NCBI GenBank assembly: GCA_963785725.1
Contig: CAWAWS010000016.1
Location: 448,339 to 512,338, forward strand
Direction: 5' to 3'
DNA from: an uncultured delta proteobacterium
Lineage (GTDB): Bacteria > Myxococcota_A > Polyangia > Palsa-1104
Length of the DNA: 64,000 bases
Shown here: one piece after another, positions 54,752-64,000 of the stretch
How positions within the stretch are numbered: the first letter of the stretch is position 1
Layout of the letters: every line of letters begins with the position of its first letter
Made by a program: the position numbers and the translations under genes
The notes under the pieces: model-generated
Seen by the model: the letters and a program-made list of their open reading frames with translations, nothing else
What the model was told of the DNA's origin: nothing
Database searches by the model: none

Positions 54752-56239
54752 TTACACGAGGCGACGGCGGAGCGTCCATGCCGCTCCCGCGCAAATTGTC
54801 GCCAGGAGCGCCAGCCAGGCCAACGTCGCGCGCAGCGGCCAGTCACGCGCGAACCAGTCGAGGTGCAGCCGCGGCCAGACGTCGTCGAGCTTGAGCGGCG
54901 CGCTCACGAGCAGCTGAAACGGCGGCTGCACCTCGAGGTGACGATCGCCGCGAATGAGGTGCGACAAGAGCCAGCCATGACCGACGATAGGCGAAAACTG
55001 CGGCATGAAGTGACACTCGTCGGGCGCGATCGCGAACCACGACGGCGCGCCCGAGGCGACGCGCACTTGGTCGACGACGCCGTAATAGAGCGGCGGCGCG
55101 ATGGCCAGGCCGACGAGCTGGACCCACAAGCCCGCGGCGACGAGCAGTGCCAAGAGCCGTCGCCGCGGCCGGGCGGCATAGGCGCGCGCGACGACCGCGA
55201 GCAAGAGCGGCGTCAGCGGCAAGGCGCGACGCGGACCCCACGTCGGATCGCCGTGCCAGTCGGCCAGATGCGCGGCCGCGACGAGCACCGCCGCCGTGAC
55301 GACGATCACGAGCTGCGCCTCCGCCCGCTGCGTGCGCCACAGCCACACCAGCGCCGGCGGCAGCAAGAACAGCGGCGGCGCATAGAGCCACAAGCTCTTT
55401 CCCGTCGACAGGATGAGCCCGTCGAGGCCTTGGACGAGATCGCCGGTCACCGTCTCGTGCGCGCCGACCCAGCGACGATGGATGAGCACGACCGCGATGC
55501 CGGCGACGAGCGGCGCCACGACCCGCAGCGCGGCCGCGCGATCGAGCGGCGCGTGCCGATGGACGCCGCACCAGGCGACGATGACGAGCGCGGCCAAGAG
55601 CAAGGTCGGCTCGACGACGACGAGCGCGGCCAACGTCGCGCCCAGCGTCCACGCCGAGCCGTGCGCAGCGGCGGCGACGAAGCGGCGCGCGGCCGCGACG
55701 GCGACGACGAGGAGCAGCGTCGCCAGCGCCGTGCCGTCGGCGACGCGCGCCGACCAGCACAGCGGCGTCGCGAAGGCGAGGATCGCCGTGAAGGCGAGCG
55801 CCGCGCGCGGCGACAGGCCGTCACGCATGAGCTGCGCGAAGAACAGGACGCACACGAGCGCCGCCAGCAGTGCGGCCGTGCCGCTCTCGGCCAGCTGCGT
55901 CACGCGCGCCGCCCAATCGACAGTGACACTAGGCTTTGCGGTCGGGGTCGTCGGCGCCGGGGCTGTCGTCGCCGGCAGCGCGCGGGCGATCAGCCGCGCC
56001 GCCGCTTCGGCCGGCGCCAGCGCGACGATCGCGCCCAGCGCCGTCGTCGCCCGGCGCTGCCCGCCGTGGACGACCGTCGCCGGCAACATGCGGCCGTCGC
56101 CCTCGTCGGCGACGTCGAGCCGACCGGTGATGAGCGCGCGCGCGCTGGCCGCGATCGTGGCCGCTTCGCCCGCCGGCGGCGACGACGGCGCCAGCGCCCA
56201 AAAGAGCGCGAACGTCAGCGCGAACAGCGCCGCTTTCAC
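54752..56239 (-). CDS. Polytopic membrane protein, GT-C glycosyltransferase-like
   Basis: Many TM helices; 'GKSLWLYAP', 'WGPR..LP'. Confidence 0.65.
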   Translation of the reverse strand: MKAALFALTFALFWALAPSSPPAGEAATIAASARALITGRLDVADEGDGRMLPATVVHGGQRRATTALGAIVALAPAEAAARLIARALPATTAPAPTTPTAKPSVTVDWAARVTQLAESGTAALLAALVCVLFFAQLMRDGLSPRAALAFTAILAFATPLCWSARVADGTALATLLLVVAVAAARRFVAAAAHGSAWTLGATLAALVVVEPTLLLAALVIVAWCGVHRHAPLDRAAALRVVAPLVAGIAVVLIHRRWVGAHETVTGDLVQGLDGLILSTGKSLWLYAPPLFLLPPALVWLWRTQRAEAQLVIVVTAAVLVAAAHLADWHGDPTWGPRRALPLTPLLLAVVARAYAARPRRRLLALLVAAGLWVQLVGLAIAPPLYYGVVDQVRVASGAPSWFAIAPDECHFMPQFSPIVGHGWLLSHLIRGDRHLEVQPPFQLLVSAPLKLDDVWPRLHLDWFARDWPLRATLAWLALLATICAGAAWTLRRRLV

Positions 56240-56252
56240 GAGCGCGCGTCTC

Positions 56253-56900
56253 TCATTTGTCAGCGGCGGCGATGACGAGCGGCGTCGGCGCCAGCGCCAG
56301 CTCGTCGCCCGCTTGCACGCGCAGCTGCCAGCTGCCCGGCGCCAGCGACGGCGGAACGCACGCGCTCACGGCCGAATCGGACCAGGCGGCGCCGGCGCAG
56401 TCGCGATCGGCCGCGCGCACCTCGCCACCTAGCGACACGAAGTACAGCCCATCGCCGTCGCCGCGCACGGGCCCGAAGCCGCCGCCGCGCACGCTGACGA
56501 GCTCGCGCGGCTTGGCCGTCTTGGGCGCACCTGCGATGCGCGGCGGAACCAGCGCAGCGGTCGCCTTGACGACGCGCTTGCTCTTGCCTTCATCCTGGCC
56601 GCTCGACGCCGTGCATTCGGCCCACGCGACGGCCGCGGCATTTTCCGGCAGCTGCACCAAGATCGTCGCCTCGTTCGTCGGCACGTTCCAACCGACGCCG
56701 CGCAGCCCCGGCGCCAGCTTCCACTGATATTGAACGGGACGCCCGAGCCCGGCGACGACACAGCGAGCGACGACTTGTGGTGGACGCGGACCTTCGAGCC
56801 GACGCACGCTCACGCGCGCCGTCGGCACGCGCGAACAGCCGAGCCCGCCGAGGGAAACGGCGATCAAAAGTGGCGAGAGTGGCAGAAGCGGCGCGCGCAT
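56253..56900 (-). CDS. Putative lipoprotein with IPT/TIG-like domain
   Basis: 'GLGC' lipobox; 'VSVRGGGFG...WSDSAVSACVP'. Confidence 0.6.
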   Translation of the reverse strand: MRAPLLPLSPLLIAVSLGGLGCSRVPTARVSVRRLEGPRPPQVVARCVVAGLGRPVQYQWKLAPGLRGVGWNVPTNEATILVQLPENAAAVAWAECTASSGQDEGKSKRVVKATAALVPPRIAGAPKTAKPRELVSVRGGGFGPVRGDGDGLYFVSLGGEVRAADRDCAGAAWSDSAVSACVPPSLAPGSWQLRVQAGDELALAPTPLVIAAADK

Positions 56901-56931
56901 GGCGGGCCGAGGCGTCCGAACGTGCGCCGAA

Positions 56932-57345
56932 TCAGGCGCTGGCGCTAGCAGCGGCGCCGCGCGCTTTGCGCTTCTTGCCGCCGCCGGCCGCGGCCTTTTT
57001 GCCGGCCGCGGCGCCGTTGCTCTTGTCGTGCGCGGCGCGATACTTCTCTTTGTCCGCTTTGGGAATGTCTTTGTGCAGCGCGGCGCAGAACATGCCGAAA
57101 CGCGGCGCCGCGACGTTCTTGCAGCCCGGGAAATAGCACAGCGTCTTGCCGCGGCTGCGCGCGGCGCCGGCGGCGCGACCGCGACGACCCTGCAACGCGT
57201 TGCCGCTGGCGCGGACCGCCGCTTCGATGCGACCGACGGTAAAACGCTCGACCACGGCAGCCAAACGCTGCGCAAACTCCTGAACGATGGGGCTGATGAG
57301 CGACGTCGGATCGTTCTTGCGTGGTCTCGGCATGGAACGGGACAT
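56932..57345 (-). CDS. Small basic protein with Cys/His cluster (possible nucleoid-associated protein)
   Basis: 'CYFPGC...FCAALH' and a Lys-rich tail; start at 57345 or 57333. Confidence 0.65.
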   Translation of the reverse strand: MSRSMPRPRKNDPTSLISPIVQEFAQRLAAVVERFTVGRIEAAVRASGNALQGRRGRAAGAARSRGKTLCYFPGCKNVAAPRFGMFCAALHKDIPKADKEKYRAAHDKSNGAAAGKKAAAGGGKKRKARGAAASASA

Positions 57346-57396
57346 TATCAAAACTTTAGTTACAAGGCGAAAAAATAATGCTTTAAAACATTCGCC

Positions 57397-58194
57397 ATGA
57401 TCCCGTACTTCAATATCGAGTTCCCCTCGATTCCCGTACCAATATTCCACTCGATAACGATTCACGCGTTCGGGATCTTGGTCGCCACCGGCATTATCGT
57501 CGGTATGCGGCTGACCAAGGTTCGCGGCCGCGAGCTCGGTCTCGTCGACGAGATGGTCGACTCGATGATCACCGCCGTATTGATTAGCGGCTTCATCGTC
57601 GCCCATTTATTCGACGTCGTTGCCTATCAGACTTTCGGCGGTCATCCGACCCTTTGGGATATCCTCAATCCGATTGCCGGATTCTCTTCTTTCGGCGGTT
57701 TCATCGGCGCCGTTTCCGCATTGATCATATGGTGTAAGGTCAAACGGCAAGACATCATGCCCTACGCCGATTCGCTCGGTTACGGGCTCGCCAGCGGCTG
57801 GATGTTCGGTCGTCTCGGCTGCTTCACGGCCCACGATCACCCGGGAAATCACACTCACTTCTTCCTGGCCGTGAAATATCCCGACGGCCCGCGCCACGAT
57901 CTCGGCCTCGATGAGGCGATATGGGCCGCGGGCATGACGTTGCTGTTTGCTTTATTGCGTCGTAAGCGGCGTCCGCTCGGCCTCTACGTCTCGTTATTGA
58001 CGTTGTGTTACGCGCCCGTCCGTTTCGGCTTCGATTTCCTGCGCGCCACCGACGTTCAAGAGCCCGATCCGCGCTATTTCGGGCTGACGCCGGCACAGTG
58101 GTGCTGCATCGTCGTGCTCTTCGCGTCGCTGGGCGTGCTGCGCTGGACGCTCGTGCACGCGCGCGGCGACAAGCCGCAGCCGGTCGCGATATAA
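57397..58194 (+). CDS. lgt: Prolipoprotein diacylglyceryl transferase family
   Basis: 'SSFGGFIG', 'GRLGCF', 'RFGFDFLR', 'LTPAQW'. Confidence 0.85.
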   Translation: MIPYFNIEFPSIPVPIFHSITIHAFGILVATGIIVGMRLTKVRGRELGLVDEMVDSMITAVLISGFIVAHLFDVVAYQTFGGHPTLWDILNPIAGFSSFGGFIGAVSALIIWCKVKRQDIMPYADSLGYGLASGWMFGRLGCFTAHDHPGNHTHFFLAVKYPDGPRHDLGLDEAIWAAGMTLLFALLRRKRRPLGLYVSLLTLCYAPVRFGFDFLRATDVQEPDPRYFGLTPAQWCCIVVLFASLGVLRWTLVHARGDKPQPVAI

Positions 58195-58474
58195 CGACCG
58201 CGCATATCCGGCAGCGCTCGCACGCGCCATTCTCGCGGCGCGCAAACTATCCCGCCGTTACAAAGATTCGTCGTTATTCGATATGGCTCGGCTGCGCGCG
58301 TTTCGATATGCGCCGAATGCCGATTCGCGGGCGCGCAATATCGTCACGCACCATTCACGAGCGCGCGCAGAGCCGACGGGCACGCGTTACGCCGAAGCGG
58401 TCACGAAAGAAGGCTCGGCTGTCGTGCGTTGCGAGATGATGCGGCGAAGGAAACGGGAGGATGGAAGCGAAAGC

Positions 58475-58549
<75 letters not shown>

Positions 58550-58657
58550 AAGTCGCTAATATTCGAGGCCGAAGGTATGCCGTGTCGCACGGCCCCAAGT
58601 CAAGTACGAATGCGCGGATTGAGGCGTGACCGACGGATTCCGACCGCCGGCGCGATC

Positions 58658-59083
58658 TTAATCCGCCCGCGCGTCGCGCACGCACTCGACGCCGACGAGG
58701 AGCGCCACCAGCGTCGCGGTGATGCCGGGCGGCGCGAAGAAGTAGGCCCAGCTCAGGACGGACGTGGCCACGAAGCTCGCGCATAGCGCCCACGCGATCG
58801 GCTGCAGCGGCCGGCGTTGCGCGCGCGTCATTCCCGCGAGCTGCCAGGTGACCACGGCCGCGAACAGCAGGAACACGGTGACGAGCAGGCCAAAGCCGAG
58901 CCAGAAGCCGTACCAGCTGCAGGTCGCGCCCATCATCGTGAACGTGACCGCCTTCATGGCGTGAAAGACAGCCTCGGCCTCGACGCCGCCCTCGCGCTGC
59001 CCGAAGAGCCCGCCGGCCGTGTGCGCGCAGGCGAAGAACAGGAGCAGATACGTCGCCAACCGATACGGCGCCAGGTACTTCAT
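58658..59083 (-). CDS. Small membrane protein
   Basis: Several TM helices; ATGA-coupled to the SRPBCC gene. Confidence 0.7.
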   Translation of the reverse strand: MKYLAPYRLATYLLLFFACAHTAGGLFGQREGGVEAEAVFHAMKAVTFTMMGATCSWYGFWLGFGLLVTVFLLFAAVVTWQLAGMTRAQRRPLQPIAWALCASFVATSVLSWAYFFAPPGITATLVALLVGVECVRDARAD

Positions 59084-59553
59084 GCGGCGCTCACGTAGGC
59101 CGAGACCCAGCCGAGCACGCGCTGCCAGCCTTCGGTGTGGGCGTTGCACGACTCGTCGCGTCCGGCGAAGCCTTCGTGGTGCACGGTGACGCGTGTGCCG
59201 CCGTCGGCGAGCGACTCCAGCCGATAGGTGATCGTCGTGACGTGGCCGCCGTCCCACGACGGCTTCCACGTCTGCGACACGTGGTGCGGCGGGTCGACCG
59301 CCAAGAACTCGCCGCCGACGGAGAATTCGTGGCCGTCGCGGCCGATGCCGACGCTGCGCCACTTGCCGCCGGGCCGCAGATCGGCCGTGTGCGACGTCGT
59401 GCGGTAGGTGTCGGCCGAGCCCCACCACTGCGGGATGGCGTCGGCGTCGGTGATCGCGTGGAAGACGCGCGCGATCGGCGCCGCGATCTCGACGGTGGCC
59501 ACGATCTTTCCCGCCGACAGATCGGCGACTGCACGGGCTGCGCGTGAGCTCAT
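59080..59553 (-). CDS. SRPBCC/AHSA1-like domain protein
   Basis: 'IAAPIARVFHAITD...WWG', 'DLRPGG', 'HTEGW'. Confidence 0.9.
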   Translation of the reverse strand: MSSRAARAVADLSAGKIVATVEIAAPIARVFHAITDADAIPQWWGSADTYRTTSHTADLRPGGKWRSVGIGRDGHEFSVGGEFLAVDPPHHVSQTWKPSWDGGHVTTITYRLESLADGGTRVTVHHEGFAGRDESCNAHTEGWQRVLGWVSAYVSAA

Positions 59554-59870
59554 TTCTTCTCCAAGTAGTGTTTGAGGTTGTCGAGGCTGATCTGCCAGAA
59601 CGAGCGATATCCTTCGAGCCAACCGGCGATGCGCTGCAGCGGCGCCGGCTCGAGCGCGTAATAACGCTCGCGCCCGGCGCGCTGCTCCGACACCAACCGC
59701 GCTTGCCGCAGCACCTTCAAGTGCTTCGAAATGGCCGGGCGACTCTGGCTGAAGTCGGCCGCCAGCACGTTCACCGCCGTCGGCCCGGCGCGCAGCCGAT
59801 CGAGAATGGCGCGCCGCGTCGGGTCGCTGACGGCCCGAAAGACGTCACTTTCCGGTAGCGCGTTCGGCAT
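59550..59870 (-). CDS. ArsR/SmtB-family regulator
   Basis: 'FRAVSDPTRRAIL', 'ISKHLKVL', 'GRERYY'. Confidence 0.93.
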   Translation of the reverse strand: MPNALPESDVFRAVSDPTRRAILDRLRAGPTAVNVLAADFSQSRPAISKHLKVLRQARLVSEQRAGRERYYALEPAPLQRIAGWLEGYRSFWQISLDNLKHYLEKK

Positions 59871-59875
59871 GATGG

Positions 59876-59891
59876 GTAACCATATGGCTAC
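59876..59891. promoter_or_regulatory. Probable autoregulatory operator of the ArsR gene
   Basis: Near-palindrome GTAACCATATGGCTAC 5 nt upstream of the ATG; TTGACC on the minus strand at 59914-59919. Confidence 0.65.
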
Positions 59892-60114
59892 GCATAAACG
59901 ATCGCTCGCGGCGGGTCAAGCGGCTTCGTCGTCGCGGGCCGGGCAGCATTGGCGACGCGGCTGTCAGCTTCGCGAGACAGCGCGTCATCGCCGCATGCCG
60001 CGCGCCGTCATCGCGTCACCATGTGGATACCGATTATAAGTGCGCGTCAACGACCGAATGAGCGAACGCGGGATGGGCGCTCGTCGAGCCATCTGCTAGC
60101 ATGGCCGCTGCAAG

Positions 60115-60738
60115 ATGAAGCACACGGGCAAGCGCCTCGCGTTCGCGCTCCTCCTCGGCGCCGCCGCGTGCAGCAGCGGGAGCAACAAGGCCAAGACCGT
60201 CGACAACGGCGACGCCGGCATGTTCATGGCCGAGGACAGCGACTTCGCGGGCTGGCAGGGCTGGTTCGGCGGCATCCTGCCCAACGACGTCCTCGACGGC
60301 AACGTCTACCCGCCCGGCACACGCTGGGGCTACGTCAACCATCGCGTCCCGCCCGGCACCACCGCTTATCCGCCCGGCACCGTGCTCATCAAGCTCATCG
60401 AGTCGCCGAAAGACGATCCGACGCTGTGGCACGCCTTCGGCTTCTCCAAGCGCGGCGGCGACTACAACGCCGCCGGCGCCGTCGGCTGGGAGTTCCTCGA
60501 GCTGCGCCTCGATGCCGCAGGCACGCCGCACATCACCGACCGCGGCCTCGCGCCGGCCAACGACGGCTTCGACATGGACACGCTCAGCTATACGCCCGGC
60601 GGCGCCGCCGGATCGTGCAACATCTGCCACGGCTTGCCCAACTTCAAAGCCACGGACCACATCATCAGCGCCCTGCTCGCCCCCGGCTCGACCCTCGTGC
60701 CGGTCACGAGCCTGCAAGACGCCGGCACCTCCGACTAA
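60115..60738 (+). CDS. Lipoprotein c-type cytochrome, P460-family-like
   Basis: Lipobox 'AAC', 'YPPGTVLIK', 'GWEF', C-terminal CxxCH 'CNICH'. Confidence 0.7.
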   Translation: MKHTGKRLAFALLLGAAACSSGSNKAKTVDNGDAGMFMAEDSDFAGWQGWFGGILPNDVLDGNVYPPGTRWGYVNHRVPPGTTAYPPGTVLIKLIESPKDDPTLWHAFGFSKRGGDYNAAGAVGWEFLELRLDAAGTPHITDRGLAPANDGFDMDTLSYTPGGAAGSCNICHGLPNFKATDHIISALLAPGSTLVPVTSLQDAGTSD

Positions 60739-60829
60739 CCAGCCCGCCGCGTCACGCCGTAAACCGGCGTCGGGCTAGGCTGTTGGCGCGTTGGTCGTCG
60801 CGATCCGAAATGTGCTATTGCAAGCCCGA

Positions 60830-63566
60830 TTGAAGGCGAAAGACGAACCCGAGGGCCCGGCGCCGGTCGAGCCGACGCTGACCGAGAGCCGCGCCGATCA
60901 GCCGCGCGTCGAGCCGGGACTGCCACGCGGCGCCGCGTTCGGCCGCTATCTGGTGCTCGAACGACTCGGTGAAGGCGGCATGGGCGTCGTCTACTCCGCG
61001 TACGACCCCGAGCTCGACCGCAAAGTGGCGGTCAAGATCATGCGCCCCGAAGCGGTGCAGAGCCAGCTGCGCCTGCGGCGTGAAGCGCAGGCCATGGCGC
61101 GGCTGCAGCATCCCAACGTCATCGGCGTCTACGACGTGGGCATGGTCGACGGCCGCGCGTTCGTCGCCATGGAGCTCGTCGAAGGCACGACGCTCGCCAA
61201 TTGGCTCGGCGATGGCGGCCGTTCGTGGCACGAGATCGTCGGCGTGTTCGTGCATGCCGGACGCGGTCTCGCCGCCGCGCACGCCACCGGCCTCGTCCAT
61301 CGCGACTTCAAGCCGCCCAACGTGCTCGTCGGGCGTGACGGCCGCGTGCGCGTCGGCGACTTCGGGCTGGCCAGGGCCATCGAGTCGGACAGCCCCAGCG
61401 ACGACGGCGACGCGAGCGCCTGGGTCGGCTCCGATGCCAGCCACACCATCACCCGGCCGGGGGCGATGATCGGCACGCCGACCTATATGTCGCCCGAGCA
61501 GCTCTCGGGCGCGCCGATCAGCGTCAAGAGCGATCAGTTCAGCTTTTGCGTGGCGCTCTACCGCGCGCTCTATCGGGAGCGTCCGTTCGCCGGCGAGGAC
61601 ATCGCGTCGATCACCGTCGAGATGAAGCGCGGGCGCGGCCCGACGCCGCCCAGCGACAGCCGCGTCCCCGCTTGGGTGCGCGACGTCGTGCTCCGCGGTC
61701 TGGCGATCGATCCGGCGCAGCGCTGGCCCTCGATGGACGCGCTGTTGCTGGCGCTCGAGCATGACCCGGTGCGCGTGCGCCGGCGCTGGATTCTGGCGGG
61801 TAGCGCGCTGGCGGCGCTGGGCCTCTTCGGGTTCGGCGTGCACGAGCTGCGGCAGCGGCAATCCCTCGTCTGCCACGGCGCCGAGCGCCAGCTGGTCGGC
61901 GTCTGGGACGCGGCGCACCGGGCGGCGGTGCAGGCCGCGTTCACGGCCACCGGCAAGAGCTACGCGGAGGCGGCCTTCGCCAACGTCGCGCGGACGCTCG
62001 ACCGCTTCGCCGCCGATTGGGTGGCGATGAATACCGAAGCCTGCGAGGCCACGCGCATCCGGCGCAGCCAGTCGGAGGAGCTGCTCGACCTACGGATGGA
62101 GTGCCTCGGGCAGCGGCTGCAGGACGCCAAAGCGCAGGTCGAGTTGTTCACGAGCGCCGACGCGACGGTCGTCTCCAAGGCGCCGCAGATGGCGGCGTCG
62201 CTGTCGAACGCTCAGTGCGCCGACGTCGCCGCGCTGCGCGCGCCGGTGCGCCCGCCCGTCGACGCGGCCGTGCGGGCGCGGGTCGAATCGCTGCGCGCCC
62301 GCATCGCGCAGGCCAAGGCGATGACGCGCGCGACGCGGACCAAAGACGGGCTCGCCGTAGCCGCGCCCATCGCCGTCGAAGCGCGCACGCTGCACTACCG
62401 GCCGATTCGAAGCGGAGGCGCTGATTGCGCTCGGCAGCTTGCAGGTCCAGGCCGGTGACGCGAAGGCCGCGCAACAGACGCTCGAGGAGGGCATCGTGGC
62501 CGCACGCGCCGGACGCGACGCGCGCGAGGAGGTCTACGGCGCGGCGGCGATGGAGAGCCTCGCGGCCAACAACAGCCGCTTCGAGGACGGACAGCTGTGG
62601 GAGAAGCGCGGCCTGGCCGCAGTCGAAGCGCTGGGCGGCAACGATCCGGAGCCGCTGGCCGTCCTCACCCAACGCGCAGCCGATGTCTTCTCGATGCACG
62701 GCGACATCGCCGAAGCGCTCGAGCGCGACAAACGACTGCTCGCCATCCGCGAGAAGAACGAGGGTCCCGACAGCGTGCTGACGGCGCTGGCGCAGGTGCA
62801 GCTCGGCCGCGAGCTCGGCGCGCTCAACCGCTTCGATGAGGCGAGCGTGGTCACTCGGCGCGGCTTGGCGACCTTCGAGAAGCAGCTCGGTCCCGACCAC
62901 GCCAACGTCGGCTGGGCGCTCATCACGCTGGCGACGGCGATGGCCAAGACCGGACGGTACGACGAGGCGGGCACCATGCTCCAGCGTGCCGTCGACATCT
63001 ACACGAAGGCGTTGGGACCCGACCATCCGCAGCTGGCGATTCCGCTGGCCAACCTTGGGGCTTCGCTCGTCGAGCGTCATCGGTACGACGAGGGGCTGGT
63101 GCAGCTGCGGCGCGCGCGGGATATCGCCGAGCGGACGATGGGGCCGGAGCACCAATCGGTTGGGCTGGCGACGGTAAACATCGGCAACGTGCTGCTCGGG
63201 GAGGATAAATTTGCCGAGGCGCAGGAGCAGTTCGAGCGCGCGCTGGTCATCTTTCGTAAGCAGCTGACGCCCGACCATTTCCTGATCGCGTCGGCGCTGA
63301 CGTCCGAAGCGCTGGCGGCCGTCGCGCAGCATCACGCGGCGCGCGCCGTGCCGCTCATGGAGCAGGCGCTGCCGATGGCGAGCCAAGGGCCGATAGATAT
63401 TGGTCACCGGCGCTTCATTCTGGCGCGCGCGCTGTGGGACTCGGGTGGCGATCGCGTGCGTGCCCGCAAGCTGGCCGAGGCGGCGCGTGCTGATCTGACC
63501 GCCGTCGGGAACGACGCCAAGCGCGAGCTCGGCGAAGTCGTCGCGTGGCTCGGCACCCACCGCTGA
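60830..63566 (+). CDS. Ser/Thr kinase with TM helix and C-terminal TPRs (frameshift near 62412; start uncertain)
   Basis: 'GEGGMGVVY', 'HRDFKPPN', 'DFGLA', 'GTPTYMSPEQ'; 'LGPDH' TPR repeats in ORF 62439..63566. Confidence 0.88.
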
Positions 63567-63713
63567 TCCCCGCTTTTTCGCCGTCAGCCGGCAATTGACG
63601 CATACCGACTGAAGCGCCGGCGCGTGACATTCGCGCGGACGTTCGTTTCCCCCGCGTTTTCGCGATTGCGCTGCGTCTCCATTATTTGGCACGTTGTCGT
63701 CCGAGGTGCCGGC

Positions 63714-64000
63714 ATGACGCGAGCGCGACGGATCGCCCTACTGACGACCACGTTCTGGCTCGGCTGCGGTGGCAGCGGCAAGAACGTCATGATGATGAGC
63801 CCGCCCGACATGAGCCCGGCTCCGTCGACGCTGACCGAGGAGCAAGTGGAGATCGATCGCTCGAACTGCGTGTTTCAGGCGAAGACGCTGACCGAGCAGA
63901 CGATGCCGATGGGGACGCCGACGGGAAAGCAGCTGCCCATCGATCACATCATCCTCATCATGCAAGAGAACCGCTCGTTCGATCATTACTTCTCGGAGCT
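63714..64000 (+). CDS. Phospholipase C/phosphoesterase family lipoprotein, 5' part (runs off the window)
   Basis: Manual translation: 'WLGC' lipobox and 'IDHIILIMQENRSFDHYF'. Confidence 0.85.
   Translation, partial: MTRARRIALLTTTFWLGCGGSGKNVMMMSPPDMSPAPSTLTEEQVEIDRSNCVFQAKTLTEQTMPMGTPTGKQLPIDHIILIMQENRSFDHYFSE

Noticed and set aside
56236..56256. 6-codon ORF (MRDARS) bridging two genes via ATGA/GTGA
   Set aside because: No similarity to the MIRU-like family; a one-base error or chance explains it

Overview
High-GC chromosomal window, most likely from a Myxococcota-type bacterium (inferred from ftsB-dmxA synteny, Ser/Thr kinases, giant TPR protein, Cys-rich lipoproteins and a Haliangium-like BMC satellite locus). 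It holds about 50 mostly core or housekeeping genes: ftsB plus a TM-GAF-GAF-GGDEF cyclase, PduO-type adenosyltransferase, PIN-PhoH, a two-component pair, TPR-AAA ATPase, CoA transferase, a ParA-RHH pair, an M16 peptidase, a ~2580-aa TPR protein followed by two EutN/CcmL pentamers and an aldolase with an encapsulation peptide, a 5'-nucleotidase operon, pyk, tRNA-Leu(GAG), gcvT-H-PA-PB, two TonB-C proteins, gndA, an SDR-TDO fusion, lgt, tRNA-Thr(CGT) and an ArsR-SRPBCC operon. At least eight otherwise intact genes carry frameshifts, probably sequencing errors. No integrase, transposase or CRISPR array was seen. The most striking unannotated signal is a pair of homologous MIRU-like intergenic elements (8968-9054 and 45471-45566). 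Each encodes a short ORF coupled at both ends by (A/G)TGA overlaps and can fold over the downstream start codon. Also notable are widespread leaderless-type promoter geometry and two repeat or inverted-repeat elements.
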